From assembly GCA_965203465.1 (NCBI GenBank), contig CBDBCR010000001.1, positions 896,001 to 960,000 of the forward strand: a stretch of DNA of 64,000 bases. Reading direction: 5' to 3'. The notes beneath the pieces were generated by a model. That model did not search any database. It was given only the letters and a program-made list of their open reading frames with translations, and was not told the DNA's origin. The translations under genes and the position numbers were made by a program. The stretch's first letter is position 1. Every line of letters starts with the position of its first letter. This DNA comes from Nitrosopumilaceae archaeon. Lineage in GTDB: Archaea > Thermoproteota > Nitrososphaeria > Nitrososphaerales > Nitrosopumilaceae. Shown piece by piece: positions 29,039 to 38,428 of the stretch.

Positions 29039-29110
29039 CCGGTCAACCGAAAAGTCGCGCCGGCGGGCAGTCGGTTTTCGATCGCAGATTCGGCGGCGGC
29101 CAGACGACGC
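29039..29110 (-). repeat. Island dispersed repeat, copy E (inverted)
   Basis: Reverse complement: ..GCGATCGAAAACCGACTGCCCGCCGGCGCGACTTTTCGGTTGACCGG. Confidence 0.72.
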
Positions 29111-29196
29111 CCACCAGGTGCACCACCTGCGGGTGCGAACTGGAGCTTTCCGCGGATCCGGACGACGAGGATCTCTACTGGATAGTGGAAGTCTAA
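29110..29196 (+). pseudogene. 3' fragment of a zinc-ribbon paralog
   Basis: CTTCGCELEL..DEDLYWIVEV* matches CRDCGFMLEL..DKNKYWINEI* of 26295-26495. Confidence 0.6.
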
Positions 29197-29318
29197 AGCA
29201 CGACCGGGGGCACGGATCGCCCCGCCAAAAGCAGGAGGGCGCCCTTTCCGTCCATCCGCCGCCTTGCCCTCTATGTCGTCATGGCGCGGGCAGCAGGCGC
29301 GTTGAGCTCGGCGGAGGG

Positions 29319-29657
29319 CTAGGCGCGGCCGCCGACCTTTTTCCTGGCCTTGCGAACGGCTTGGTCCAGGTTGGACAGCATCGTGGCGGTGACGTACCTT
29401 TCAAGGCCCTCGACCCGCGACGAGGAAACGTCCGCCTCGTAGTAGAACGCGTGCCTGACTTTTCTGCGCTTTACGATCTTGTCCTCGACTAGCACCTTTA
29501 GGGCGCGCTGGAGCGTGCGCGGCCGGACCCCTGCCAGCTCGGATATCTCGTCCTCGCTGTATTTGAGGCCGGTGTTGCATACGAGCAGATCCAGCACCCG
29601 CGCGGTGGGGGTGTTGAACAGGCGCCCGAACGGCAGGTGCGCCGCCTCTGTGCTCAT
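29319..29657 (-). CDS. Winged-helix transcriptional regulator
   Basis: YSEDEISELAGVRPRTLQRALKVLVEDKIV. Confidence 0.8.
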   Translation of the reverse strand: MSTEAAHLPFGRLFNTPTARVLDLLVCNTGLKYSEDEISELAGVRPRTLQRALKVLVEDKIVKRRKVRHAFYYEADVSSSRVEGLERYVTATMLSNLDQAVRKARKKVGGRA

Positions 29658-30004
29658 GTCCGTGTATCCAACACGGCGCTATTTATCATGTTGCCAAACG
29701 CGGCGACGCCATTTCCACGCGACGCGGCCCCGGTGCGAGCACCGTCCTGGTCGGCGAGCCCCGCCTCGTCCGCCATGCCAAAAGTCCCCGAATCCGCCTG
29801 CGATGGGGGCGGACGAGCGTGACGCTCGGACCGCCCCTCCGGCATTCGACGCACCCGCGGGACTGCGGACTCACCGTAGGCGCGCAGCGCCGGTCAGTGC
29901 CGGGCGCGGGCCGAACAGCCGGGCTCAGTCAGGTATATACGCAGGACGGGCGCCGGCATCTAAGGGGATGAGACAGGCTGAGTGAACAGGCCGTTGCAGA
30001 CAGA

Positions 30005-30373
30005 ATGTCCGCGTTGGAGAAAAAGGTGGAACGCCAGGGGGACGCCATCGAGGAGCTGAAACTCCGGCTCAACCCGGGATCCCCTGAGCGCCTGGACGAC
30101 GTTGTCCGGCACATGGAAAGCGCGTTCGGGGAACTGGATCACGTGGTCCAAGTCCATTACGACGTGCAGCAGGACGGAACGTGGCGCGTAGTAGTAGTGC
30201 ACGTTCTCGAAGACAAGGGCGAGGCGCTGCTGGCAGTCTGCAACAAATCGATCGAAATCCAGGACGCGTTGCGTGGCGTGGAGATTGAGACTCTGGTGCT
30301 GCACGAGGACGAGGTACTCGACGAGCACCTTGCCGGCACCAAGCCGGTCTTCTCAAGGGCGGATCAGAAATGA
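30005..30373 (+). CDS. Hypothetical protein, possible minimal nucleotidyltransferase-like antitoxin
   Basis: Coiled coil then alpha/beta domain; similar to 41221-41484. Confidence 0.5.
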   Translation: MSALEKKVERQGDAIEELKLRLNPGSPERLDDVVRHMESAFGELDHVVQVHYDVQQDGTWRVVVVHVLEDKGEALLAVCNKSIEIQDALRGVEIETLVLHEDEVLDEHLAGTKPVFSRADQK

Positions 30374-30654
30374 GCTGGCAAAGCGCAGGCGCTACCGGCC
30401 GGGGTTCATCTGGGGTTTGCGCGTGGATCGGAAATTCTGCATCCTGCCCGCGCATCTTTTGTTAGATCTGCGCCGGGTTCGCGGGCGGGCGCGCAACCGA
30501 CCTCTAGAGGGCGCTGATTGACACGGTCGGCTTTTCAGAGCCCCAAGACATGGACCTCGACGCGACGGCAAGACCGCGCGGGACGGAACCGGCCGCGCCG
30601 GCCTTTCGGGCTGACAGGCAACAGATATAGCCCGCTTCCGGACAACGGCCGCCG

Positions 30655-30803
30655 ATGACAATCAGGCGCGTAAGCCCCCTAAATCACGAGGACTGGGTGG
30701 CGCTGGTCGAGAAATTCAAAAAGGCCCGTCTCCGGAACAGGCAAGGGCGGTCCGAGAGGCGCTGGAAAAGACAAAGCACTTGAAGGTTCCCGGCGTGGAT
30801 TAA
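30655..30803 (+). pseudogene. Paralog of the 52-aa putative antitoxin with a 1-nt frameshift in an A-run
   Basis: MTIRRVSPLNHEDWVALVEKFKK/GPSPEQARAVREALEKTKHLKVPGVD*. Confidence 0.6.
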
Positions 30804-30985
30804 TGCCGGGCTTGGCGGCCGCGCCAAGGGGCGGTACCAGTTGACGGACGGCGGTTTTTACAGACGGCGCGGATCCGGGTTTTACGGGAAACGCGGATTC
30901 GGGAACGGACGCCGATCTCTCTGGCGCGTCGTGCGGAGCGGGCAGAACGCGCCACTAAAATACGCGCGCGCCGCCCGGCGCGGGC

Positions 30986-31804
30986 ATGGCGGAAGGCTCG
31001 TCAATAGAGTGGACCGAGGCCACATGGAACCCGACCACGGGCTGCACCAAGATCTCGGCGGGGTGCAAAAACTGCTACGCGGAAAAGCTCTCCAAGAGGC
31101 TCCGGGCCATGGGGATAGCAAAGTACGAAAACGAGTTTGCGTTCACAGAGCACGGCGGCGAGGCGGAGCTTCCGCTCAGGTGGAAAAAGCCGCGCAGGAT
31201 ATTCGTCAACAGCATGTCCGACCTGTTCCACGAGGAGTCCAGGATGGAGTTTGTGGCAAGCTGCTTCGAGACCATGGTCAGGGCGGACTGGCACACCTAC
31301 CAGATACTCACAAAGCGCCCCGAAAAGATGGCCCGCTTCGCGGAGCTGTTTTACAGGTACTTCGGGCGTCCGATCCCGGGCCACATATGGATGGGTGTCA
31401 GCGTAGAGGACAACAGGGCGGCGCGCAGGATAGACGCGCTCAGGAAGGTCAGGTGCGGCGTGCGGTTCGTCAGCTTTGAGCCCCTCTTGGAGAACATGGA
31501 CGAGGCAGACCTGTCGGATATAGACTGGGCCATAATCGGGGGCGAGAGCGGCCCCGGCCACCGAAGGGTGGAGAAAAAGTGGATAAAGGATCTGATCGCG
31601 CAGTGCAAAAGGCAGAAGGTAAAGGTGTTCTTCAAGCAGTGGGGCGGGCCCAGGCCAAAGTCGGGCGGGCGCACCATCGACGGCAGGACGTACAGCGAGT
31701 ACCCAAAGGCGCCCAAGACGGGCATGCAAGAGATGCCCGGATTCGAAAAAGGGCGGTTCGCCCGGAGGCTGTCCGGCGGGCCCAAGATCCCGCCCCGGCG
31801 CTAG
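30986..31804 (+). CDS. DUF5131 (phage Gp37/Gp68) family protein
   Basis: IEWTEATWNPTTGCTKISAGCKNCYA, FVNSMSDLFH, GGESG, FFKQWGG. Confidence 0.92.
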   Translation: MAEGSSIEWTEATWNPTTGCTKISAGCKNCYAEKLSKRLRAMGIAKYENEFAFTEHGGEAELPLRWKKPRRIFVNSMSDLFHEESRMEFVASCFETMVRADWHTYQILTKRPEKMARFAELFYRYFGRPIPGHIWMGVSVEDNRAARRIDALRKVRCGVRFVSFEPLLENMDEADLSDIDWAIIGGESGPGHRRVEKKWIKDLIAQCKRQKVKVFFKQWGGPRPKSGGRTIDGRTYSEYPKAPKTGMQEMPGFEKGRFARRLSGGPKIPPRR

Positions 31805-31830
31805 CCGCTTCGGCTGCCGGAGCCGGAGAA

Positions 31831-31902
31831 TGGACCGGGGGGGAATTGAACCCCCGACCTCCGCGTTGCGAACGCGGCATCATACCCCTAAACCACCGGC
31901 CC
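31831..31902 (-). tRNA. tRNA-Ala(CGC)
   Basis: Acceptor stem GGGCCGG/CCGGTCC-A with G3:U70; anticodon arm CCGCG-TTCGCAA-CGCGG; GGTTCAATTCC T-arm. Confidence 0.93.
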
Positions 31903-32086
31903 TCGCGGGGCGCCCCGAACCTCCGCTTTTAATTGTAAGGCTACATATTTGCCCGGCGCGGGGCGGGGCCGGACCCGTAGCACAGCATGGACAGTGCGGG
32001 CGGTTCCGGACCGCCAGGTCGGGGGATCGAAGCCCTCCGGGCCCTCTTAAACACTTTTAAGGCCACCTCCGCGCACGAGGCGCACG

Positions 32087-32467
32087 ATGGCCAAAGGCTA
32101 CTATGTAAAATTCGAGATGCCCTCCGACTTGGTCAGCCCCGTATACGAGGCGCTGCGCGTGGCCACGCAGAGCGGCAAGGTAAAGCGCGGCACCAACGAG
32201 GCCACAAAGGCCATAGAGCGCGGCACCTCCAAACTCGTAGTCATCGCCGAGGATGTCGATCCCCCCGAGGTCGTGGCGCACCTGCCCATACTGTGCGACG
32301 AGCAAAAGTCCGACTACGTCTTTGTGCCCAGCAGGCAGGACTTGGGCAAGGCGCTGGGGATAGACACCACCTCGGCCGCCGCGGCCATACTCGATCCGGG
32401 CGACGCGCAGCATATCATCGACCAGGTGATAATGTCGGTCAACAAGGCAAAGGGCGCCGGCCAATGA
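32087..32467 (+). CDS. rpl7ae: 50S ribosomal protein L7Ae
   Basis: [29 protein letters not shown]. Confidence 0.97.
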   Translation: MAKGYYVKFEMPSDLVSPVYEALRVATQSGKVKRGTNEATKAIERGTSKLVVIAEDVDPPEVVAHLPILCDEQKSDYVFVPSRQDLGKALGIDTTSAAAAILDPGDAQHIIDQVIMSVNKAKGAGQ

Positions 32468-32676
32468 GCACCGAGCAGGACGCGGTCACCCCCGCCGAGG
32501 TCATACAGATAGTGGGCAGGACCGGCATCGCCGGCGAGGTGATACAGGTGCGCGTAAAGATAATGTCGGGCGACGACAAGGGCCGCATACTCACCCGCAA
32601 CGTAAAGGGGTCTGTCCGCATGGGCGACACGCTCATGCTGCGCGAGACCGAGCGCGAGGCCAAAAAGATAAAGTGA
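32464..32676 (+). CDS. rps28e: 30S ribosomal protein S28e
   Basis: [31 protein letters not shown]. Confidence 0.96.
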   Translation: MSTEQDAVTPAEVIQIVGRTGIAGEVIQVRVKIMSGDDKGRILTRNVKGSVRMGDTLMLRETEREAKKIK

Positions 32677-32680
32677 TACC

Positions 32681-32887
32681 ATGAGCCTCCTAGTCAAGCC
32701 GTGCAGTTTCTGCGACAGGCCGGTACCGAAGGGCTCGGGAACCATGCTTGTGCGCAACGACGGCACCATCCTGTGGTTCTGCTCCGCAAAGTGCAAAAAG
32801 AACATGCTGGAACTGCGCCGCGACCCGCGCAAGCTGAAATGGACCAAAAAGTACGTAAAGGGCGGCATCAGGAGGGGCGGCCGGTAG
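32681..32887 (+). CDS. rpl24e: 50S ribosomal protein L24e
   Basis: [19 protein letters not shown]. Confidence 0.96.
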   Translation: MSLLVKPCSFCDRPVPKGSGTMLVRNDGTILWFCSAKCKKNMLELRRDPRKLKWTKKYVKGGIRRGGR

Positions 32888-33285
32888 TGGAGCGCACGCT
32901 CTTCGTGGTGAAGCCGGACGCGGTGCGCCGCGGCCTGGTCGGCGAGATAGTCTCGCGCTTTGAGAAAAAGGGCTTCGAGCTGGTCCGCCTCGAGCTGATC
33001 AGGATGGACAGGGAGCGCGCCGAAAAGTTCTACTCGGTCCACCGCGAAAAGCCGTTCTTCGCCGACCTCGTATCGTTCATCACGTCGGGCCCCGTGGTGG
33101 CCGGCGTACTGGAGGGCAACGAGGCCGTCTCGGCGGTGCGCGCCATGGTCGGGGCCACAAAGTCCTACGAGGCGGCCCCCGGCTCGGTGCGCGGCGACCT
33201 GGGCCTGGGCTTTACGGAGAACGTCGTGCACGCCTCGGACTCGCGGGCAAGCTTTGAGCACGAATCAGGGGTAGCGTTCGCGTGA
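32887..33285 (+). CDS. ndk: Nucleoside diphosphate kinase
   Basis: [27 protein letters not shown]. Confidence 0.96.
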   Translation: MERTLFVVKPDAVRRGLVGEIVSRFEKKGFELVRLELIRMDRERAEKFYSVHREKPFFADLVSFITSGPVVAGVLEGNEAVSAVRAMVGATKSYEAAPGSVRGDLGLGFTENVVHASDSRASFEHESGVAFA

Positions 33286-33291
33286 TGCGCC

Positions 33292-35070
33292 TTGAAGGTA
33301 CGGCAGCCCATAGTGACGGTGCTCGGGCACGTGGATTCGGGCAAGACCTCTCTGCTTGACCGCATACGCGGCACCGGCGTGCAGGGGCGCGAGGCCGGCG
33401 GCATAACGCAGCACATCGGGGCCAGCTTTCTGCCGCTCCAGACTATACGCGAGCAGTGCGGCAGGCTGTACTCGCGCTTGGAATCGTCCAGGGTGCGCGT
33501 GCCCGGCATCCTGGTCATAGACACGCCGGGCCACGAGGTCTTCAAGAATCTGCGCACGCGCGGCGGCTCGGCCGCCGACATCGCCATACTCGTGGTGGAC
33601 GCGGCCCGCGGCCTGCAGCCGCAGACCACCGAGAGCCTCAAGATACTGGCCTCGCGCAAGGTGCCCTTCGTCGTCGCCCTCAACAAGTGCGACCAGATAT
33701 CGGGGTGGCGCGCCTCGGAGGGCGGCGTAACCGAGGCCATAAAGGCGCAGGACGCCTCGGTGCAGGCGGACCTTGACCAAAAGATCTACGACGTGGTCGG
33801 CTCGCTCTCGGTGCTCGGGTACAGCTCGGACGCGTTCTACCGCGTGCGCGACTTTACAAAGGAGGTGTCGATAGTGCCCGTCTCGGCGCGCACCGGCTCG
33901 GGGATACCGGAGCTGCTCACCATCCTGGTGGGCCTCGCCCAGCAGTTCCTGGCCGCGCGCCTGGACCAAGAGTCCAAGGAGAGCCGCGGCATAGTGCTCG
34001 AGGTAAAGGAGGAGCCGGGCCTCGGCCAGACCGCCAACGTAATACTGATAGACGGCTCCCTCTCAAAGTCGGACACCATAGTCGCGGCCCGCCGCGACTC
34101 GGTGGTCTCGGCCCGGCCGCGCGCCATACTGCTGCCAAAGCCGCTCGACGAGATGCGCGATCCGCGCGACAGGTTCGCGCCCGTAGAATCGGTCGACGCT
34201 GCCGCCGGCGTCAAGATAGCCTCGCCGGACCTCGAGGGCGTGCTGCCGGGCAGCACGCTGTACGTCGCGCGCAGCCCGGAATCGGCCGACCGGTACTCTA
34301 GGATGCTGGCCGACGAGATGCGCTCGGTCTTCGTCGACACCGAATCGAGCGGGGTGGTGGTCCGGGCCGACACCATCGGCTCGCTCGAGGCGCTCGTCTC
34401 CATGCTCTCCGAGGCCGGCGTGCCGGTATCAAAGGCAGACGTGGGGCCGGTCACGCGCCGCGACGTAGTCGAGGCGCGCGCGATAAAGGAGGGGGCGCGC
34501 CGCCTCGGCGTGGTGATAGCGTTCAACGTCAGGGTGCTGCCCGACGCGCGAGAGGAATCCGAGACGGCGCACGCGCGCGTCTTCGAGGGGCGCGTCATAT
34601 ACAGCCTCGTAGAAGAGTACAGAAAGTGGGCGGCCGACGACGCCGCGCACGAAGAGGACGCGGTCTTTTCCGAGATCACGCCGGTGGCAAAGTTCGAGTT
34701 CCTCGAGGGGTACGTGTTCCGCAACAGCGACCCGGCCGTCTTCGGGATACGCGTGGAGGCAGGCTCGCTGGGCCAGAAGGCGCAGTTCATGAACTCGGAG
34801 GGGAGAAAGATAGGCTCGGTACACCAGCTGCAGAGCGACGGCAAGCCGGTCCGGGCGCTCGGCGCCGGCCAGGAGGCCGCCTGCTCGGTCCAAGGGATCG
34901 CGGTGGGCAGGCAGGTCTCGGAGGGCGACGTGTTCTATACCATGCCCAGCTCGCGCGAGGCGCGCATGCTCCTCTCGCGCTTCGCCCACCGACTCGACGC
35001 GGGGCAGTCGGTGGCGATGCAAAAGATAGTGGAGCTGCTGCGCGCGCGCGACCCGGCGTACGGCTACTAG
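33292..35070 (+). CDS. infB: Translation initiation factor aIF5B (IF-2)
   Basis: RQPIVTVLGHVDSGKT, GGITQHIGA, DTPGH, NKCD. Confidence 0.97.
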   Translation: MKVRQPIVTVLGHVDSGKTSLLDRIRGTGVQGREAGGITQHIGASFLPLQTIREQCGRLYSRLESSRVRVPGILVIDTPGHEVFKNLRTRGGSAADIAILVVDAARGLQPQTTESLKILASRKVPFVVALNKCDQISGWRASEGGVTEAIKAQDASVQADLDQKIYDVVGSLSVLGYSSDAFYRVRDFTKEVSIVPVSARTGSGIPELLTILVGLAQQFLAARLDQESKESRGIVLEVKEEPGLGQTANVILIDGSLSKSDTIVAARRDSVVSARPRAILLPKPLDEMRDPRDRFAPVESVDAAAGVKIASPDLEGVLPGSTLYVARSPESADRYSRMLADEMRSVFVDTESSGVVVRADTIGSLEALVSMLSEAGVPVSKADVGPVTRRDVVEARAIKEGARRLGVVIAFNVRVLPDAREESETAHARVFEGRVIYSLVEEYRKWAADDAAHEEDAVFSEITPVAKFEFLEGYVFRNSDPAVFGIRVEAGSLGQKAQFMNSEGRKIGSVHQLQSDGKPVRALGAGQEAACSVQGIAVGRQVSEGDVFYTMPSSREARMLLSRFAHRLDAGQSVAMQKIVELLRARDPAYGY

Positions 35071-35444
35071 GCGTGCTTTTGCAGCACCATCTTGAGGCCC
35101 GGCTCGCCGACCGCGCCCATGACCCTGTCCACCGGCCTGCCGTCCCTGAACATGATGAACGTGGGTATGGACTGCACGCCGAACCTGGCTGCCACGTCCT
35201 GAGACTCGTCCACGTTGAGGCGCGCGAACCGCACGCCGGGGTTGGCCCTGGCCAGGCGCTCGAAGACGGGGTGCATGGTCCTGCACGGCCCGCACCACTC
35301 GGCCCAAAAGTCGACCAGCACGAGCCCCTCCGAGACGGCCGAATCGAAGCCCGACGAGCCGAGCTCCTCGACGGGGGGCCTCTGCGAGGCGGCCACCATC
35401 TCTCTGAGTTTGCGCTCTTTTAGCCTCTCGAGCTCCTCGTCCAT
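35067..35444 (-). CDS. trxA: Thioredoxin
   Basis: DFWAEWCGPC. Confidence 0.95.
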   Translation of the reverse strand: MDEELERLKERKLREMVAASQRPPVEELGSSGFDSAVSEGLVLVDFWAEWCGPCRTMHPVFERLARANPGVRFARLNVDESQDVAARFGVQSIPTFIMFRDGRPVDRVMGAVGEPGLKMVLQKHA

Positions 35445-35470
35445 CCTGGCGGCCGCGCGCGGCGCCCCAT

Positions 35471-35887
35471 TTAAAGATCCAGCAGAAACCGCATGTACGC
35501 CGGCTCCCCCGCGCGCACCTCCATGTCGTGGAACGTGGGCGCCTTTATCTCCACGCGGAACCCGTGCCTGCCGAGGTCGAGCGGCTCGCCGGTGGCAGTC
35601 CCCGAGGCCTCGTAGGGGCCGTCCCCCGAGAGCCTCACGTCGAAGCGCCTGGGCGCAAAGCCGCCCGGAACCACGAGGTACGATATCTCCTCCAGCCAGT
35701 TGAACAGCAGATAGTCGGCGTCCTTGCCGCAGGCGCGCACCGGCCTCTGCTCTTTTTCGCGCACCGTCTTGGGATCCAGCGTGATGGCGGCCACCGCCTC
35801 GGCCGCGTCGCGCAGCGCGCCCTCCATGTCGGGCGCCTCCACCTCGACGAGCGCGTCGGTCGCGTGCTCCAGGAACCTGTACGCCAC
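35471..35887 (-). CDS. Archease
   Basis: YRFLEHATD, EIKAPTFH, FLLDL. Confidence 0.93.
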   Translation of the reverse strand: MAYRFLEHATDALVEVEAPDMEGALRDAAEAVAAITLDPKTVREKEQRPVRACGKDADYLLFNWLEEISYLVVPGGFAPRRFDVRLSGDGPYEASGTATGEPLDLGRHGFRVEIKAPTFHDMEVRAGEPAYMRFLLDL

Positions 35888-35908
35888 GCGCCCGCCAGCC
35901 GGGCCGGC

Positions 35909-36724
35909 CTAATTAAACCCCGGCCACCCCTTGCCGGCCCCGTCGCGCGCGGCCTTGAAGAGGAACTGCTGCGCGAGGCCCGCGTACCTGCCGAAGCGCT
36001 CCAGCGCCTCGGACCTCAGCTCCATGTACCTTTTCTCGGTGTCCGGCTCGGGGCGAAAGCTGCCCGGATAGTGGAAGCGCAGCGCCCTGCGCACCCACGT
36101 GTCTATGGGGAACGCGTCGAGCTTTTCCAGCGAAAAGAGCATGATGCAGTCGGCGACCTTGGGGCCGACGCCGGGCAGCTCGATCAGCCGGGCTCTGGTC
36201 TCGGCGTAGCTCTTGGCGCGCAGCCCCTCTAGATCCGCGCCGGCGAGGGCGCGCGCGGCGCCCTTTACGTACGCGGCCCTGTACCCGAGGCCGCACGCGC
36301 GCAGCTGGGACAGGCTCGCGCGCGCGAGCGCGCGCGGCTCGGGGAAAAAGTGCGAGGCGCACCCGCGCCCGCCCGAGCGCGCGCCGAACCTCGAGCACAG
36401 CCGCGCCAGCCCGTCGCGTATGCGCGACATGCTCGAGTTGGAAGAGGCGATGAACGTCACGCAGCACTGGAACGGATCCTGCCGCAGCAGCCCCAGTCCG
36501 GGGCAGGCGCGCACCGCCGAGGCCACGGCCCGGTCGCGGGATATCTCGGCGAGCATGGCGGCGCGGTCGTCGCCGGCCCTGAAAAAGCGCGCGGCCGCGC
36601 GCGGCATTGCGCCGCCCTCGCGCACCCTCAGCAGCCTCTGCCCGTCTATGCCCTGCCAGCTCTTCCCGCGCCGCTCCCACAGAAAGACCTGCCCGCTGGA
36701 AAGGGAAGGGGCGACGCCCACCAT
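35909..36724 (-). CDS. 8-oxoguanine DNA glycosylase (OGG1-like HhH-GPD)
   Basis: SGQVFLW, LRQDPFQC, GLGYRA, LPGVGPKVADC, FPIDTW. Confidence 0.9.
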   Translation of the reverse strand: MVGVAPSLSSGQVFLWERRGKSWQGIDGQRLLRVREGGAMPRAAARFFRAGDDRAAMLAEISRDRAVASAVRACPGLGLLRQDPFQCCVTFIASSNSSMSRIRDGLARLCSRFGARSGGRGCASHFFPEPRALARASLSQLRACGLGYRAAYVKGAARALAGADLEGLRAKSYAETRARLIELPGVGPKVADCIMLFSLEKLDAFPIDTWVRRALRFHYPGSFRPEPDTEKRYMELRSEALERFGRYAGLAQQFLFKAARDGAGKGWPGFN

Positions 36725-37989
36725 CAGACCTCTACGGTCTCGCCGGCCTCGGGGGCGTGCGCGTCGAAGCCGAACTTTTCGCGTATCTGCTCGGCGAAAG
36801 ACGTGCACGAATCCGAATCGCCGTGCACGGTCAGGACCTTGGGGTTCCCCCTTACGGAGCCGACCATCTCGAAGAGCTCGTCGCGGTCCGAGTGGCCCGA
36901 AAACTGGAACTGCCTGACCTTGGCGGCCACCCTGAGCTCTTTTCCCCTCAGCTTCACCCTGCCCGTCTCGAGCAGCTCGCGGCCGTGCGTGCCCTCGCCC
37001 TGGTAGGACACCAAGGCTATCCCGTTGCGCTCGTCGAGCGCGAGCTCCTGCAGGAAGAAGACCGCGTTGCCGCCAACGAGCATGCCGGCCGGCGATATCA
37101 CCACGCAGGGCCCGCGCGCGGCGCGCTTCCTTTCCTGCTGGCTGCGTATCGATACCGCGCGGTCTATGGCCTCCTTGAAGACCGAGTGGTTCCTCAGGTA
37201 CGCGGGGTACTTTAGCAGTATGCTGTTGACCTTTAGCGCCATGCCGTCCATGTACACCGGGTACTCGAAGCCCGAATCGCGCAGTATCGACACCATCTCC
37301 TGCGACCTTTCGACCGAGAACGCCGGTATGAAGAGCACGCCCTTGGCGTCCATCACCTCCTTTGCGAACTCTAGCAGGCCCTGCTCGGATTCGGAGCGCG
37401 GCGTCTGGGCCGTCTGGGAGTACGTGCTCTCGGTTATGAGCATGTCTATCTCGCCCACGTCCAAGTCGGCCTCGTTGAGCATGCGCGAGCCGCGCACGTG
37501 TATGTCGCCGGTGTACAGCACCCTCTTGCCGCCGCCCTCGAGCAGCACCGTGCTGCCGCCGGCCACGTGGCCGGATTCGCGCAGCTCGAACGAGACGGGC
37601 CCGCGCCTGACCTTCTGGCCGTACCCGACCGTCTTTGCGCTGCGCATCATGTTGTTGACCTCGGGGAGCCCGAAGACGTGCGAGTGCCTCTGTATCTTTA
37701 GCATGTCCTCTATGAGCAGGCGGCTCAGGTCCATGGTCGGCGGGGTCGCGTACACGTCGGTCCTGCCGCTCATGAACAGGGCCGGCACGTTCCCGGAGTG
37801 GTCGAGGTGCGCGTGGGTCACGACCACCGAATCTATGTCCTTTGGGCGCACGTGTATCGGGTACTTTGGGGGATCGCCGCGCCTGCCGAACATGACCCCG
37901 TAGTCCATCAGTATCTTGGTGCCGCCCTCGCTGGCCAAAAAGGCCGACCTGCCGACCTCGCCGGCGGCCCCGAGCACGTCTATCTTCAA
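36724..37989 (-). CDS. MBL-fold beta-CASP ribonuclease
   Basis: LGAAGEVGRS, THAHLDHSG, YTGD, ESTY, FSGH. Confidence 0.92.
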   Translation of the reverse strand: MKIDVLGAAGEVGRSAFLASEGGTKILMDYGVMFGRRGDPPKYPIHVRPKDIDSVVVTHAHLDHSGNVPALFMSGRTDVYATPPTMDLSRLLIEDMLKIQRHSHVFGLPEVNNMMRSAKTVGYGQKVRRGPVSFELRESGHVAGGSTVLLEGGGKRVLYTGDIHVRGSRMLNEADLDVGEIDMLITESTYSQTAQTPRSESEQGLLEFAKEVMDAKGVLFIPAFSVERSQEMVSILRDSGFEYPVYMDGMALKVNSILLKYPAYLRNHSVFKEAIDRAVSIRSQQERKRAARGPCVVISPAGMLVGGNAVFFLQELALDERNGIALVSYQGEGTHGRELLETGRVKLRGKELRVAAKVRQFQFSGHSDRDELFEMVGSVRGNPKVLTVHGDSDSCTSFAEQIREKFGFDAHAPEAGETVEV

Positions 37990-38100
37990 GCACCGCGGGC
38001 CTTTGGGGTCTCCCTTAATACCTTGCCGCCGCGCGCGGCACGTTCCGCGACCCGCGGAATCTGACAAAGCTTTAATTAGTCTGGCCTATGGCCCGCGTCC

Positions 38101-38313
38101 ATGGGTAGAACCTTTGAACAGTGGCTCTCTGAGCAGGACAAGGGCCTGGTAGCCAAGGTCCGCTCCGGCGACGAGGACAACAAGCCCCTGCTCAACCAAA
38201 TCAACTGGATCTGGGTACAAAACCTCATGGAAAAGAAACCGGAACTAAACCCCTCGTCTGCGGAACTGCTAGACTGGGTGACCAGCGGCCAGATCGACGC
38301 CATGCGCAAGTAA
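38101..38313 (+). CDS. Small conserved-looking hypothetical protein
   Basis: Clean ORF with upstream TATA-like TTTAAT and downstream T-run. Confidence 0.7.
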   Translation: MGRTFEQWLSEQDKGLVAKVRSGDEDNKPLLNQINWIWVQNLMEKKPELNPSSAELLDWVTSGQIDAMRK

Positions 38314-38428
38314 TCGGCGGACGCTCTTTTTTATCTCCCACGGCGGGCGCGCCTGCGGGCGCGTTCTATAACCCTGTTATGGATTCCGATCATGGTTTAA
38401 ATACAAATGCCCGCAATCCAAGGCAACA

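Noticed and set aside
15797-29110. Dispersed repeats as classical integron attC sites
   Set aside because: Mixed orientation, core GTTRACY rather than GTTRRRY, no clear attC hairpin and no IntI in the window; kept as an unexplained repeat.
30424-30470. Possible sixth copy of the island repeat
   Set aside because: Only GATCGGAAA and CTTTTGTT match; too weak to call by eye.
31831-31860. att-site duplication of the tRNA 3' end
   Set aside because: No convincing second copy seen within the window.
35909-37993. 694-aa glycosylase ORF
   Set aside because: The N-terminal part is an alternative frame of the beta-CASP gene.
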